Positions 14,118 through 38,690 of a stretch of 64,000 nucleotides of DNA are shown one piece after another. The stretch is taken from assembly GCA_964035545.1 (NCBI GenBank), contig OZ037765.1, positions 29,759,504 through 29,823,503 of the forward strand, in the 5' to 3' direction. The position numbers were made by a program, and so were the translations under genes. A model generated the notes under the pieces. It saw only the letters and a program-made list of their open reading frames with translations. It was not told the origin of the DNA and made no database searches. Every line of letters starts with the position of its first letter. The stretch's first letter is position 1. The DNA is from Bugula neritina (Eukaryota; Animalia; Bryozoa).

Positions 14118-15139
14118 ATATTTTACACACCGTATACCTGCAATACTTAATTTACTAGGTTCTGTGAGTTGTATATAATATATGCCTTATAGCGTAAGTA
14201 ATGTTCAGTCATTGCTGCTACGTGTCCATACGATATTCTCACATTTTATTACTTTATTTCTCCTATAAGCTTTTTATTAAAGTATTTCATATTTTTGTAA
14301 CGTTGGCGCATTTGATACTTTTATTATTTCTTGCTGTTACTATTTACATAATATTTTTTTATTCTGATAATATATACTATCTACATGCCTACCAACACCT
14401 TTATTATTCAAATGTTTGTTTATCATCTGCAAAGATTTGTGGTCTTTGGACCACTAAAATGAACCTGAGAAGTGTTTTCGGTCAGTGCTAACACATCATA
14501 ACCAATTTTAATGTACAGCCTAATAATAATTGTGTGTCCTTATTTCTTGGAATATCTTTTTTCCAAAAACAACACAAGCTGTGTTAAGCTTAAGGTTAAT
14601 CTTTGGATTAAAATCAATTTTCTAAAGTGTTGCACAGTAAGTGAGACTACTACAGTGGCATTTGGTTTGTAATGGAGTAGTCTGTAGTATACTACTATAT
14701 AAAACCTACTACTATTAGAAGACTTTGTTTTTAATTTGTAATTGTGTGCCCCTTCACCAGAGGATTGAACGTTTTGTATAAAAACAGCTGAGCTAGAGTT
14801 ACTTAGTCTGACAAAAACAATCCATTTAATCATTGGTCAATATTTATAGTATGCCGATGTAGAAGGGACGGTATGAATCACACAGTTGTGACATGACATC
14901 TGAAGTTATTGCATTTTTGAAAAAATAAAGAGCATTTTGTGTTGAGCCACAAATCCTTATTTATTTATCATTGTGAGAGACTAGATAAAAATTAAAATAA
15001 ATAACCACTAAATCATGGTTGCATTTTTACAATTATAATATGTTGATAATTATTGGTAGTCCCGTTATTATTGAATGTTAGCGTAATAGTTGAAATTATT
15101 ATCAATAATTGTATATATTCAAATTATTCAATTTGGCTT

Positions 15140-15575
15140 AGAATCAGTATCACTATTACTATTACTATTAGTATTAGTATTACTATTAGTATTAGTATTA
15201 CTATTATTACTATTAGTATTAGTATAAGTATTACTATTACTATTAGTATTAGTATTACTATTTGTCCAATTACTATTAGTATTAGTATTGGAGTACTAGT
15301 CTTACTCTTAGAGTTAGTCTTACTCTTACTCTTAGTCTAAGTCTTACAGTTGCCGTTGATGAGCTACAGAGTGAGTGTGAGTGTCAGCTACTAATTACTG
15401 TTGGTGTTATTAGTATTAGTCAGTTTTACTAACACTCGCAGTTAAATTTAGTGTTACACTTACTTTTACAGTTACTCTTAGTTTTAGTCTTACTCTTGTA
15501 GTTACTGTTACTGTTAGTCTTGAACTTGAAGTTTATTTCGTCCTACTCTAACAGTAACACTAACAGTAACTTTGA
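15140..15575. repeat. Degenerate 6-bp-periodic tract at 5' end of RRM-protein gene
   Basis: attagtattact/agtcttactctt runs; source of spurious ORF 15053-15340. Confidence 0.8.
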
Positions 15576-16139
15576 AAGAACTGCAAATTCGAAAAAAATA
15601 CAATCTTTGATTGAATTTAGTGATAGTTGATAGTAAAGACCAAAAAGTAATTGTTAGTGGTTATAAAGCCAAATATGGTTATTCATCAAAAATTAATTGA
15701 CCGGCACCAGCATATTGATATAGTTTCATAAGAAAATTCAGAGCCTATTTCAACTTTGTTACCCACTAGTGTAGTTCACTAGTTCAGTAGTTGTTATTTG
15801 TATTGACAAAAAATATTATATATGATTTAATTTTTGTGAGAAAAGGTATATCAATATGCATATGCAACCCTGGAGAATTAAGAAAAATATTATTCAAGTA
15901 ATAATAATATTTAATGCCCCTTCAATAATTAGTATTTAAGCTGTATTATCACCATTCAATTATGAGTATAGATATGAAAGTCATTTTAAACTCTCTAAAG
16001 CCACATGGGTGTTACCACATGAACACAAGACAGTAGCACATCAAAATAATTAGAATGTCAATAGGATAGCTCTGCTATGTGTTGTTCAAAAATTTATATT
16101 ATAAATAGTATTTATCTAGGTTTGCTGAATAGCTAAAGC

Positions 16140-19100
16140 ATGTTGGCAAAAGACACCTTTGACATCAACTTGAATTTAGATTTTATACCAAATGATTCAA
16201 TGGAGTCATCAATGATTCGTGGCAGTTTAAAATCTTCTGGCAGAGGGTCAGATTTCTTGAGCCCCACATCTTTGCTCCAAATGAAATTGCCACCCACTGT
16301 TATTCAGGTGGGTGAAAATACTTGTACTTGTAAAAACTTGTAGAATGGTAATGCTTGTAGACTGGTTTAGCCACATTTCATATTGTACGTCCATAGATCT
16401 GCCTCATCTTTTGTATGAACATTAAACTTTAATTTCTAATATACAGAATATGAAGCAGCACAGTAGAGGTAAAGGCAGAGGGCGAGGTATACTTCCTAAA
16501 GGCATTGTAAATAGCCCTGGGAAAAAGCCGTTCCAATCTACTTCAAAAGAGGTTGGTCATCTTTTCAATGACACTCTTATCTGGTATCAAAAAGTATATT
16601 AGCAGGAGTGAAATTTTAAAGCTGAACTTTCAGAGAAAATGAGAAGCGCAACAACATATACTTAACGGCTTTTAGTGAGTGTTTTGAGTCAATTCATATA
16701 TTTATAGGACCACTAAGCTGTCTTAGATGCTTCATGTTTCGATCACTGCCATAAACTTTCAAAAATGTTCACTGCGGTTTATAATATATAGACTGCATGA
16801 TACAGAAGCTCGGTCATCTAATATTAGATTAATTTTTTCCAGTGTATTTAAACAAATAGATGTAAATCTGATACTTGTTTTGTAGATGCCCAGTTTTATG
16901 ATGCCAACAGTCAACAGAGAGATACATACGAGACCTGCTGCCTCTGCTGACACACCTCTTCAGGAAGTTCTGGCAAAGGCAAACGATAGATTTGGGAGTT
17001 ATGGCACATTGAAACAGAACCCGGCTAGGGCATCGGCTACTTCTACTTTGAATTTTGAAGATGAAGCTATGTTTCCACCTCTACCTTCTATGAGTTTTCC
17101 AAAACATACAGCAGATGGTAAGCTGACTAAGCTCCAAGTTCAACATGTTAATTGCATGTATTATTGATGTCTTGTTTCTAGGCAGTGATACTTATATAGA
17201 TACTTTATAATACAATTATATAGATATTTTATAATATATAGATATTTTAAAATATTTAGATACTTTATAATTGATAAAAAACTTGCACAAGTTTTTAGTC
17301 ACTATCTCTGTGAGAAAACCTCTGTTGGAAAGGGTTTTTGTAAAATTAGGCTAAGAACTTATTTAGATGGGGCACAGGAGCAATAGACCCCTTTCAGAGG
17401 TCCCGATATTCTCTTTACAATTAAGAGTTGTGTCCTCCCAAATTAAATAGGTCGAACCTTTGTATAAAGAGTGCGCTCATTTAAAATTTAAAGTTTGGCT
17501 GCTACTTAAAATTCTAATTATGCTATAGAATTGTTTTTTTAGGAAATATATATTTTGGTATAAGCACACATATTAGCAGTTCAAAAAAAATTTTAAAATA
17601 TTTTTCTATGAAATATTTTTAAGAAAATAAACTCAAAAGCATTTTTGTGGCTTTGGTTACTGAGCAATGCTGAGGTAGCACTTCAGCATTGCTCAGCAAC
17701 CAAAACCCCAAAAATATGTTCAAGTTTATTTTGCTCAACAATTTTCATTTTGGGAGGACACAACTCCTAATTGTAGGGGGGCGGTATTGGGGACTTCTGA
17801 AAAGGGTCTATTATGACTGGATGCTCTTCCTTACATCACCAATGGCCTTTGTCAGGGCTCGAACCCATGACTTCGCGCTTACTAGGCAAACGCTCTAACC
17901 CCTAGACCATGGCTGCTCTCTAATACTCTATAATTTATAGATGCTTCATAATGATTGTATTTTCTTGTAATAAACTCGGTAAATAATTTACAGGAAAATC
18001 CAAAGAATCTGGCCAGGGTGTTACAACTGATACAACAGGTAGAAATGCTAGTGACCACAGTAAGAATAGTTTACAGTCTGATCTTTCAACTCGGCAATAT
18101 GCAGCTGAAATAGATGCCCTGTTTAATAATATGAAGGAGTCGTCTGACCAATGTCCTGCCTCATCTTCAACTGGCGGGTTAGAAGTCTATTAAATGACTT
18201 ACTATTAGTGTTAACATTCTCTGAAAAGCTTAAAGTATTTGTAAAGTTTTCCGTAAGTGTAGGTTGCATCACTCTGACTGTTATTGTATTCATTGTACTA
18301 CATTTGTAAGTTAATATATGAGTAGAAACCGTTTCTTTTTACATAAAGTGAAATTCCAGTACTGTAATAGCAGCTTCACTTCTAGGAAATTAATTAGAAT
18401 AAAACTGTTCTTGAAGCACTGTTCTGCATCTATATGTTTGTACATGTCTTGATGTATTCTGTTTCTAGAGAAGGTTTATTGAGTTCTTTGAGATCATCCG
18501 AGGTGTTCGCTGCTACTCCTGAACCTACAGATTCTATTGCTGTTTCTACTTCTTCAATTGAAAAAGTTGTTGAATCTCTTGAATCATTAACTGGTTGCAT
18601 TGCTGCATGTTCAACTTCACCACACACTGGTTCCACTACAGCACACACTGGTTCCAATACAACACACACTAGTTCTACTACATCACATGCTAGTCATACT
18701 ACACCACACACTGGTTCTACTACAGTGCACACTGGTTCTACTACACCACACACTGGTTCTACTACAGTGCACACTGGTTCTACTACAGCACACGCTGGTT
18801 CTACTACAGCACACACTGGTTCTACTACACCACACACTGGTTCTACTACAGTGCACACTGGTTCTACTACAGCACACGCTGGTTCTACTACAGCACACAC
18901 TAGTTTTACTACAGCACACACTGGTTCTACTACAGCACACACTGGTTCTACTACAGGGCATACTGGTTCTACTACACCACACACTAGTTCTACTACAGCG
19001 CACACTGGTTCTGCTACAGATCCTAGTGAGTTCAACACAGTACTTGCCAGTTCTTCTACAGGCTGTTTAGATTTAACCAGTTTTCCGGAAGAAAGCTCTG

Positions 19101-21047
19101 ATTTGACTCTTGCTTGTTCTCATACTAACTCCGTATCTACCAAACCAACTACAGCACCTACTGAAGTAACTACGGTCTTGAATGATTTCACCACTGTTGA
19201 TTGTGGTTCTACTACAACACACACTGAGTTCACTACAACACACACTGAGTCCATTACAGCACACACTGAGTCCACTACAACACACACTGAGGTTACTACA
19301 GCACATACTGAGGTTACTACAGCACACACTGAGGCTACTACAGCACATACTGGGGCTATTACAGCACAAACTGATGCTACTACAGCACATACTGAGGCTA
19401 CTACAGCACACACTGAGGCTACTAAAGCACACACTGAGGCTACTACAGCACACACTGAGGTTACTACAGCACAAACTGAGGCTACTAGAGCACATACTGA
19501 GGTCTTGAACTCTGCATTCTCTTCAAACGACCTGAAAACCTCGTAAGCAAATTTCTTAGCCATATTTTTCCTATAAAAAGCATCTTTTCCGAGTGTCAGT
19601 TGTCTTCCCTAGTTCAAATGCAAGTTAATAATTTCAGCATAGCTCTAAAACAGGGCCGGATGTGGCCCCCAGCCTACATTTATGTGGCCCTCGAAGGCAT
19701 AAAGCTAAAATAATTTTTCACTGTTTAGATGAATTAAAGTGAAAAGCCACCTTTTAAATGCCTTATTTATACAAATAACACAAAAAATGCAGCTGGCAGT
19801 AACTATTGAGACTTAATTGTGTAATGATTCATAAAGTTTTGGAATAAAGTAGTTTGAAAAATACTAATGCTGTGGCCCCCAACACAAGCTGAAGCTTACA
19901 ATGTGGCCCTCACCATGAAATATTTCATTTCTGTGGCCCTCGGTTTGAAAAGGTTGGACACCCCTGCTCTAAAACTTTGAACAATAGTAACACTACTGCA
20001 TGAACACACCTTTGTTTTTAGAGAAAGAAAATTTAGAATGCACCATGAATATCCATTAGTTATTAAGCTCATAGCTATTAGCATTACTCACGTCCGATAG
20101 TTATAATTCTACTTTTGATCTCTCAAGTTTCCTGTTGATAATTTATATATTCTGTGAATATTTTCTAGTGTGGTACGACTTGTAAACTTACCTCAGGATG
20201 TAAAGCGTTCTCAATTAGAAGAGGTTATATCACCGTATGGACACATTCTGGATCTTCAATTAAAACTCACAAGTAGTGATGGTGACGATTTGCTAACAGC
20301 AGACGTGCAGTGAGTATAGCCTGCGTCTTATGAAATTACCACCGCCTAGATTCAGTGGTACACCTAGTATATTGTGTATACGCATGTTACTTAACGTTAT
20401 TTTCATGTGTTTAGTTTGCTCTAAACTGTTTTGTCAAAGTTGGTGTTGTCTTCTCATTACTCCATGAATACTAGAGAAAGTGTAACAAGTCTGTAACTAT
20501 TTTTCTCAGTTATAATTTTACGGACATTTATATAATTGTTTAATATTGAATCACTTGAACTAATAGAAATATATTATATTACTATATATAATCTGTACCC
20601 GTCCTACTGAAATATTATATAGAAATTTGTGTATTTCAATATAATTAGCTGAAGATTATAAAACGGGTTAAGCTAGTTGGGATTGGACTTTGAATCGAAA
20701 CAGTGCATTTTCTATTGCTTTAGCATTCATGAAAAACCATGAGCCCAACTTGTTTTTCAACTGCATTGTTGACCAGAGAACACACGAATAGTTCAACTGC
20801 TTTGCTATGAATTCGCCCTGCAAGACTTGCACTTGTAAACCATCATTCTTGTTATTCCAGACTTGCTGACGATAGTATAGCGGAGTACCTTGTATCGTGT
20901 CTTGATGGAGCTGAGACTATATTTGAAGGTAAAGCATTGATCATTCCAGAAATAATTATTGATTTTGGTATAAAAATTGTGACTTTATAAGGTTGTTTTG
21001 GTATTTTAGGTGTGCATAGCCCAGTGAAGTGTTTCATCAAGAAGTAG
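16140..21047 (+). CDS. Uncharacterised protein: RG-rich N-terminus, Thr/His tandem-repeat region, C-terminal RRM-like domain
   Basis: Exons 16140-16307, 16447-16551, 16886-17117, 17994-18177, 18469-19542, 20169-20309, 20861-20928, 21010-21047, all phase-compatible GT/AG; C-terminal VVRLVNLPQDVKRSQLEEVISPYGHILDLQL... fits RRM beta1-alpha1-beta2 pattern; AATAAA at 21062 and 21162. Confidence 0.75.
17275..17918 (-). mobile_element. tRNA-derived SINE (Meta-domain-like) interrupted by a MITE
   Basis: Minus strand from ~17918: A-box TGGTCTAGGGG, B-box GGTTCGAGCCC, then GGTGATGTAAGGAAGAGCATCCAGTCAT; body appears to resume (TTGCTCC...) beyond the MITE at 17381; distal end approximate. Confidence 0.7.
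17382..17812. mobile_element. MITE with ~60-bp imperfect TIRs (AATAGACCC...GGGTCTATT) and internal hairpin
   Basis: aatagacccctttcagaggtccc...ttgtgtcctcccaaa vs tttgggaggacacaa...gggacttctgaaaagggtctatt; AT dinucleotide on both sides of AG...CT termini (ISL2EU-like, inferred); internal palindrome 17641-17715. Confidence 0.8.
18623..19500 (+). repeat. Coding 21-bp tandem repeats (TTAHTGS block, then TTAHTE[A/V] block)
   Basis: actacagcacacactggttct and actacagcacacactgaggct units; explains overlapping ORFs in several frames. Confidence 0.95.
19651..19966. mobile_element. Non-autonomous hAT (Charlie-like) element
   Basis: 8-bp TSD CTCTAAAA at 19643-19650 and 19967-19974; termini CAGGG...CCCTG (right end CAGGGGTGTCCAACC on -); repeated subterminal TGTGGCCC. 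Confidence 0.85.
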
Positions 21048-22690
21048 TGCTGCACAACTCCAATAAAAAAATTTATAATCTTCAGTAAATAAATCACCTC
21101 CAAAATGCTATTCGAATATAAATGTATATAACTTTGCCCACAAAAGTATTTTAAATGCTGCAATAAAGTTTAGTTTTCTGATAAATAACACTTGGACTGT
21201 TTGTTGTGATGCAAATTAGTTTATTCTTTATGACAAGCACTCTGGGAATAAATGAACAGAACCAGGTTATTAGGTAACCCAAATATAGGTACAATGAATG
21301 AAGAATGCAAATGAAAGCTAATGTAAGCAATGATGATATGACTTCCCTAAATTACACCGAATAGTGTTGATATATAAATACATATCACAAGACTAGCATT
21401 ACCCATGAGAGAACTTTACAGTCGCTACTGAACTTATTGGCTACTATTAGGGTAGGAGATGCTAGCCACCCTATCCTAATCAAAAGAAACAGTACCAGCT
21501 CTATACAATTCTGCTCATGGGTTAGTGCTCTTCTAGTTGAATACATAATCTAGTTTGAAGAAATAAAAATAGTAGACACCATGAAAGTTCTAATAGGATA
21601 GCAATAAACCTTTCAACAGCCATGAAGAAATGCTAGATATTGAAACACAATTACAAGATACGTAGGAGTAAGACTAATCTAGTAATGCAGTAATATTTTG
21701 GTCCAATTAGCTATAATATTTTACATCACAAAAATCATAGAGAAAATGTTAATACAAAGAAATTGTAACCAAATGAAAATGTAACAATATTTTCCCTACA
21801 TTATTTGCAATAAGCAGACAAGTTTTTATGAAAAATAGTACACACAGATTAGCAACATGGCGTAGTGTAGGTTAGCTACTAACTAAGAGACGGAGAAGTC
21901 TACTTATGATACACACACAGGAAATGTTTGCCCACAATGGTAATGTGGCAAGATATAATACATAGTTCAGAGCACAAAACATAGCAAAGTCAAAAACATA
22001 ATATACGTATATATCCAAGAGCAACGATTGCACAGCATATTTTATATGATAGGTCATTAATAATGGAGGTAAAATATATACAGATGCACAAGTAACAGCA
22101 ATATAGCAAAATGCGAACAGAACTATATATACTGTGTATATAATAAAAATGAAATATTCAGTAAAATCAAAAGGCTTTAATAATACAGCCTATGTCATTA
22201 TCTATACTCAGCTCACAGCTAATGAAAAGAAAAGTCCTTTTATTAAAGGAATGCACCCTTACCCAAAATAATGTACATTAAATAATGCCATAAAGCAAAT
22301 AGGAAAAAGGTAATGCAGCAAATTATAAAATACATAAATTTCAAAGCTAAAAGTTCAATATAAATCATAAGATAACACAATGACACTACAAACAATATAT
22401 ATATTATAACTTCATATAGCTTAGCAACTGGCCTGGTCTATCTCAAACATCACTAAGGTTATGTAATAATAACTTTCATTATTGCTAAAGCAAATATTAA
22501 AAACAACTACAGTAAGCAGTCCAATGTAAAGACTGTGTAAATATATAATCTAAAGAAGACAAGCACACCTATATATCACAATCAACAATAAAACATAAGG
22601 AAACATAAAAATACTCAACAGTACTTCAAGCGACCAATCACAGAATGGTGTTCGCAAGGACACACTTGGATAAAGTGGACAGTAAGCAAT

Positions 22691-34144
<11,454 letters not shown>

Positions 34145-37100
34145 TTATTAGAAACATTAACAAACTTGCAAGATATGAAGAACAGGGAAGGATAACCTTA
34201 CATTTTCCCAACACTTGCACCTGTTGAAACGGCTAACAGCGGGTCTAATCTCGGCACAGTCTTTTTGAATGAAATGATATTGCTAGTGCACACTTGATCA
34301 GCTTAGAGAGGATGTACTGAAACTCTACATATGCAACTTGGCAAGTCTTACAGGATGTTACACGCAGTTCATAAATAATCCAAAGAAAGATAATGATTTT
34401 TTCCGAGAGTTTACCAGCTCTGAAAATAACTAGAAAGTAAGCAGGGCTAGCTGTCAGAGTTGGCTTTGAAGTCCAGTGGGAATTATCTATCACCACAACT
34501 CTCAGTATGATATGCAGATGAACAGAAAAAATATGTAGCAACTGTATTTTGATTGAAGAAATCTAAATAATGCCAACTAGAAACTGTGGTTTCAATGTGA
34601 ATATGATTGTTAACATGATTTGACATAAAGTAAGCATTGATAAACTTAGCTACCACTAAATGCCGCTTTTTCCTAGAAGCTGAATAACTGTACCGCCTAC
34701 AGAAGTTGATTATTACTCAAGTCAATAAAAAATAACTCTATACTACTCTCAAAAAATAAGCAATTTTTTCAACAATTATAAGATTGGCAAAACCCACAAT
34801 ACAACGTCAAAACATGGTGTCCATCATTCCTGTATTCTACATCAAATATAAATGTGCTATTTTCAGGTGGTTTTGAGCAACCATCCCACTGCATTCAAAC
34901 ACATTCTAAAATAGACTAGCATGGAGTAGAGGAGTGGCGGAGAGAAAAACAAACACTTACACAAAATAATGTTTAGACTGGAAAGCATTTAAATCTAACA
35001 AAAACCTCCCAAAATCAAAGTGAAACTGGCAACAGTTAGAGTAAGTTTCGTATAAATACTGTAATTGCTATCAGTTTATTCATACATGAAAGGCCATGTC
35101 ACGAATTCAAATTCTTCACAGCATTCATGCTGCAGGCTTCAAATTCAATCCAGAAAATGACCAAGTTAGGCCTACTCCTAGGAAGTTTAACTAAAAACTA
35201 AAACTTAAATTTATAATTATTACAACTCTTTAAATGCTATAAAATATAGGAATGGCATAACAATCATAATTTCATTGTTAGAGCAAGTCATCAAATATTG
35301 TAATATTTTAAACAATATTAATTATTGTATATTCCAACAATTTTATACCTGATAAAACATTCCATAAAATATTTCAATAAAAGCAAGAGCCACTACTAGT
35401 GCTTTATTTATATATATAAAATTAGCCCACACAGCAACAGATATACAATTATTTAAAAGATAGTAAGCCAAATTTTATTAAAACACAAAATAAATCAATC
35501 AATTTTCAGTCTAGAATTACTTATACTGCTAAATGAATCTATATACTAGGGAAATTATGAAAGAAAGTTGTTAATAATTCAACAAAAACACCTAATTATT
35601 AGTTTTGAAAGGGAGAGAACCATGAGCTACAAGTGCAGTTGAGTAATAGACTGATAACTGTGGCAGGTTGAATAGAGCCAATTACTACCCATACTTCATG
35701 CTCATAGAAAGAGGTGGAGAATATACCTCTGTAGGCTACTTGAATATAACACTAAAAATGTCATCTCCACAATATAATAAAAATGATGTATGAATAATAT
35801 AAGCACGGAGAGCTAATGCTTTTACGCTAGTAGAGTTCAGCCAAACTAGCTGAGTGAATCAGCAGCTATATTACATTATCAAATAGGATGGGCAGACTTC
35901 CACTGCAAGTATAAAATGAGAAAAGATGGCCAAAAAGCAATAAGGCTAATATCCAAACATCTACACTATCTCCACTAACACACCCTAATATGACTGATAG
36001 CAGGTGCGCTGTGTTTACTTACTATATAATATATAGAGAGCTAAACCTCCTGCTATCTTACTGTAGGTGTTCATTAGGTTCAGGTACTTAAGCCAAATCA
36101 GCCAATCAGTGGAAGACAATTATAACCTGAAAAAGGAAAATTATTCAAAATAATTAGTAAATTTCAACATTCCTCACAAACAACCCAAGTATTATTAAGT
36201 GACTTTCAAAATCATTTTCCGATATATTTAATAAAGCTAAACTTATTTTACAAATACACAATAAGTAGGAAAAATAAAATGGCCTGTTCTGTTAACTAGT
36301 TAAACCATGCTGGGTGTGCTCCAGCTAATTAGTGTGGAAGTTGGAGAAAGAATTACTATATTATTACAATTGTCAGGAAAACATATAAAAAATACAGGCA
36401 CATTATTGGCAACTACTAATTAAAATGCAGTAATTTGTCAAAGCTGAGACTGTATAAACATATCTCCCCCCCCCCCTTCTAGAATGATAGAATAGAATAT
36501 TATAACCTTAATTATAAATCTAACAGTCAACCCTATTGAAAGCATAATTTGTATTTCACCTGGTAAGAGGACAGGATACTACATGATGTACAATAATAAC
36601 GTTATGTAACAATTTATAGACCATCAATATATAGAAGTAACAGAGGCATTACACAATAGGTAAAGCTTCCAGAAAACAATTGAGGTTACACACAGACAAC
36701 TGAATGTAATTCCCCAGACCAGTTTATCACAAAGACACCACAAACTGACTGCAATAATTGTGGTAAAGCGTAGCATAAGGCATAAAACTCAACTATCCTG
36801 AAACAGCTTTCGAATCCATGCATATGCTGCATGTAGGATTGCTCATAATAGGGATTGAATAACCTAAATACATTCGCTATTTCAGCCTATTATGCAACTT
36901 GTGTAATCAATAAAAGATGTTTAATCATCAAAATATCTAGTTGCATAAGGATTATCAAAAACATATAAATGTCACAAAGGAGAATCAATCATAAGTGTAA
37001 AACTTTGCAAATGCAAAGTAATCACAGAGTGTGTTGAATTACATCCCTAACTGACAAAGAAGTTCCCATCATTTCTATTTAGCACACTCTGACAAATGTA

Positions 37101-38039
37101 AAAAACAATGTGAAACTGAAAAGCATTATAACTTACTATCACCAAAACTATGTGGAAATATGGGTGTATGTATATATTTCAAAATGGAAGATATATGACA
37201 GCAGTCAATTTAAATAACATAACTTTTCAACAGTATAGTCAAATCGAATCTCTTGAGGTCACCATATATATTGGACTATGACAAAGGTCTAGGTCATTTG
37301 TTAGGCTGATAATTTTATTCTTAAACCCTGTTGTTTCGCATTTTCAAGTCTCAAAACAATAATATAGGATAAAAATTAATATGGCAATAAATATCACTGA
37401 TTTCAAACTAACCATAATGATAAAATACTTCATTACTTCTATAGTTTATAATATTAATATATTTATTCACCACTACGCCATGTTCAATTGGGTACAAAAC
37501 TAATGGCCAGCACTTAAGCTATGTATAGTAGATCTATAATAAAAGAACTCTAACTGTTGAGTATTTACACTTAACTTACTATAAAAACTTTCAATTATAC
37601 TATAAACTATAGTGATGAGTGACAATCATAATGTGGGTCACAGCTAGAGTGGTAGCTGCAAGAAGGTCTACATGCTATCTACATAAATTAGAAAAATGAA
37701 TATGATATTTAATAATATTAACTGGGTATAATTACAGCTACAAGTTTTTGAGTGTTACCATGTTCAGATTAAAAAAAGAAAATTAAGGAAACCTTTACCT
37801 GATGTCATATTAACATGATTAATTAAAATCACATTAACAACCATAACATAGACTTAAAGTTAAACAATAATGTAAAAAAAAATAAAAAGCAATGATACAT
37901 TATCACATTGAATGTATATTCACATTGTGATTGTGAGTTTTTGTTTGTCACATGGGCATTGCCATTAGTGATTGCCGATTGGTGATTAACATTGAAGTTG
38001 AACTTAAAGCTATAGCCTATTGATATTCATTTTGAGTTT

Positions 38040-38690
38040 TTCCGATTGCCATTCTGATTCTTATTCTGAAATTGTAATTCACTAATTACCATAATGATAG
38101 TCTCAAACTCATAATGATAATAATTGTAATAACAACATGAATACTGATAATGATACTCATACTCATAGTCATACACATACTAATAGTAATAGTAATACTC
38201 ATAGACCATAGTCATAGTGATAGTCATTGACAGATTGACTTTGAGTTTGAATTATAGTTACAGTTATTGTAATACTAATACAAATAGTAATAGTTATAGT
38301 AATACTAATAGTAATTCAATGATTGTCACACTCATAGTCATACTCATACTCATAGTAGTCAGTCAGTATTATAGTAATAGTGATGCTGATACTGATAGAG
38401 TCAATAGCTGATACTGATAGTCATAGTGATAGTCACTATTAGTATTAGTATTTGTATAAGTATTACTATTACTATTAGTATTACTATTACTATTAGTATT
38501 AGTGTCATAGTGATACAGATTGAGATAGTGATCACTGTGATGGTCATACTGATACTGATACTCATACTGTAAGTGTAAGTGTAACTGACACTGATACTGA
38601 TACTGATAGTGATGGTGATAGTCTGTGTGATAATGATTAATCATAATATTAATTCATAATGATAATCCTTATGATTATCATAATGATAAT
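38040..38690. repeat. Degenerate 6-bp-periodic tract (GATACT/CATAGT/AATAGT) near HIPK 5' end
   Basis: Visible; just downstream (on -) of probable HIPK first exon/donor at ~38796; source of spurious ORFs 38217-38411, 38369-38644. Confidence 0.85.

Noticed and set aside
17845-17918. tRNA gene
   Set aside because: No matching acceptor stem; continues into SINE body
18430-19563. Multiple overlapping Cys/Val-rich ORFs on both strands
   Set aside because: By-products of the stop-free 21-bp repeat; only the + frame 18469-19542 splices in phase
37799-37808. ATGACATCAG|gtaaag as upstream HIPK coding exon
   Set aside because: Would be out of frame with the 34124 acceptor (short uORF at best); no support
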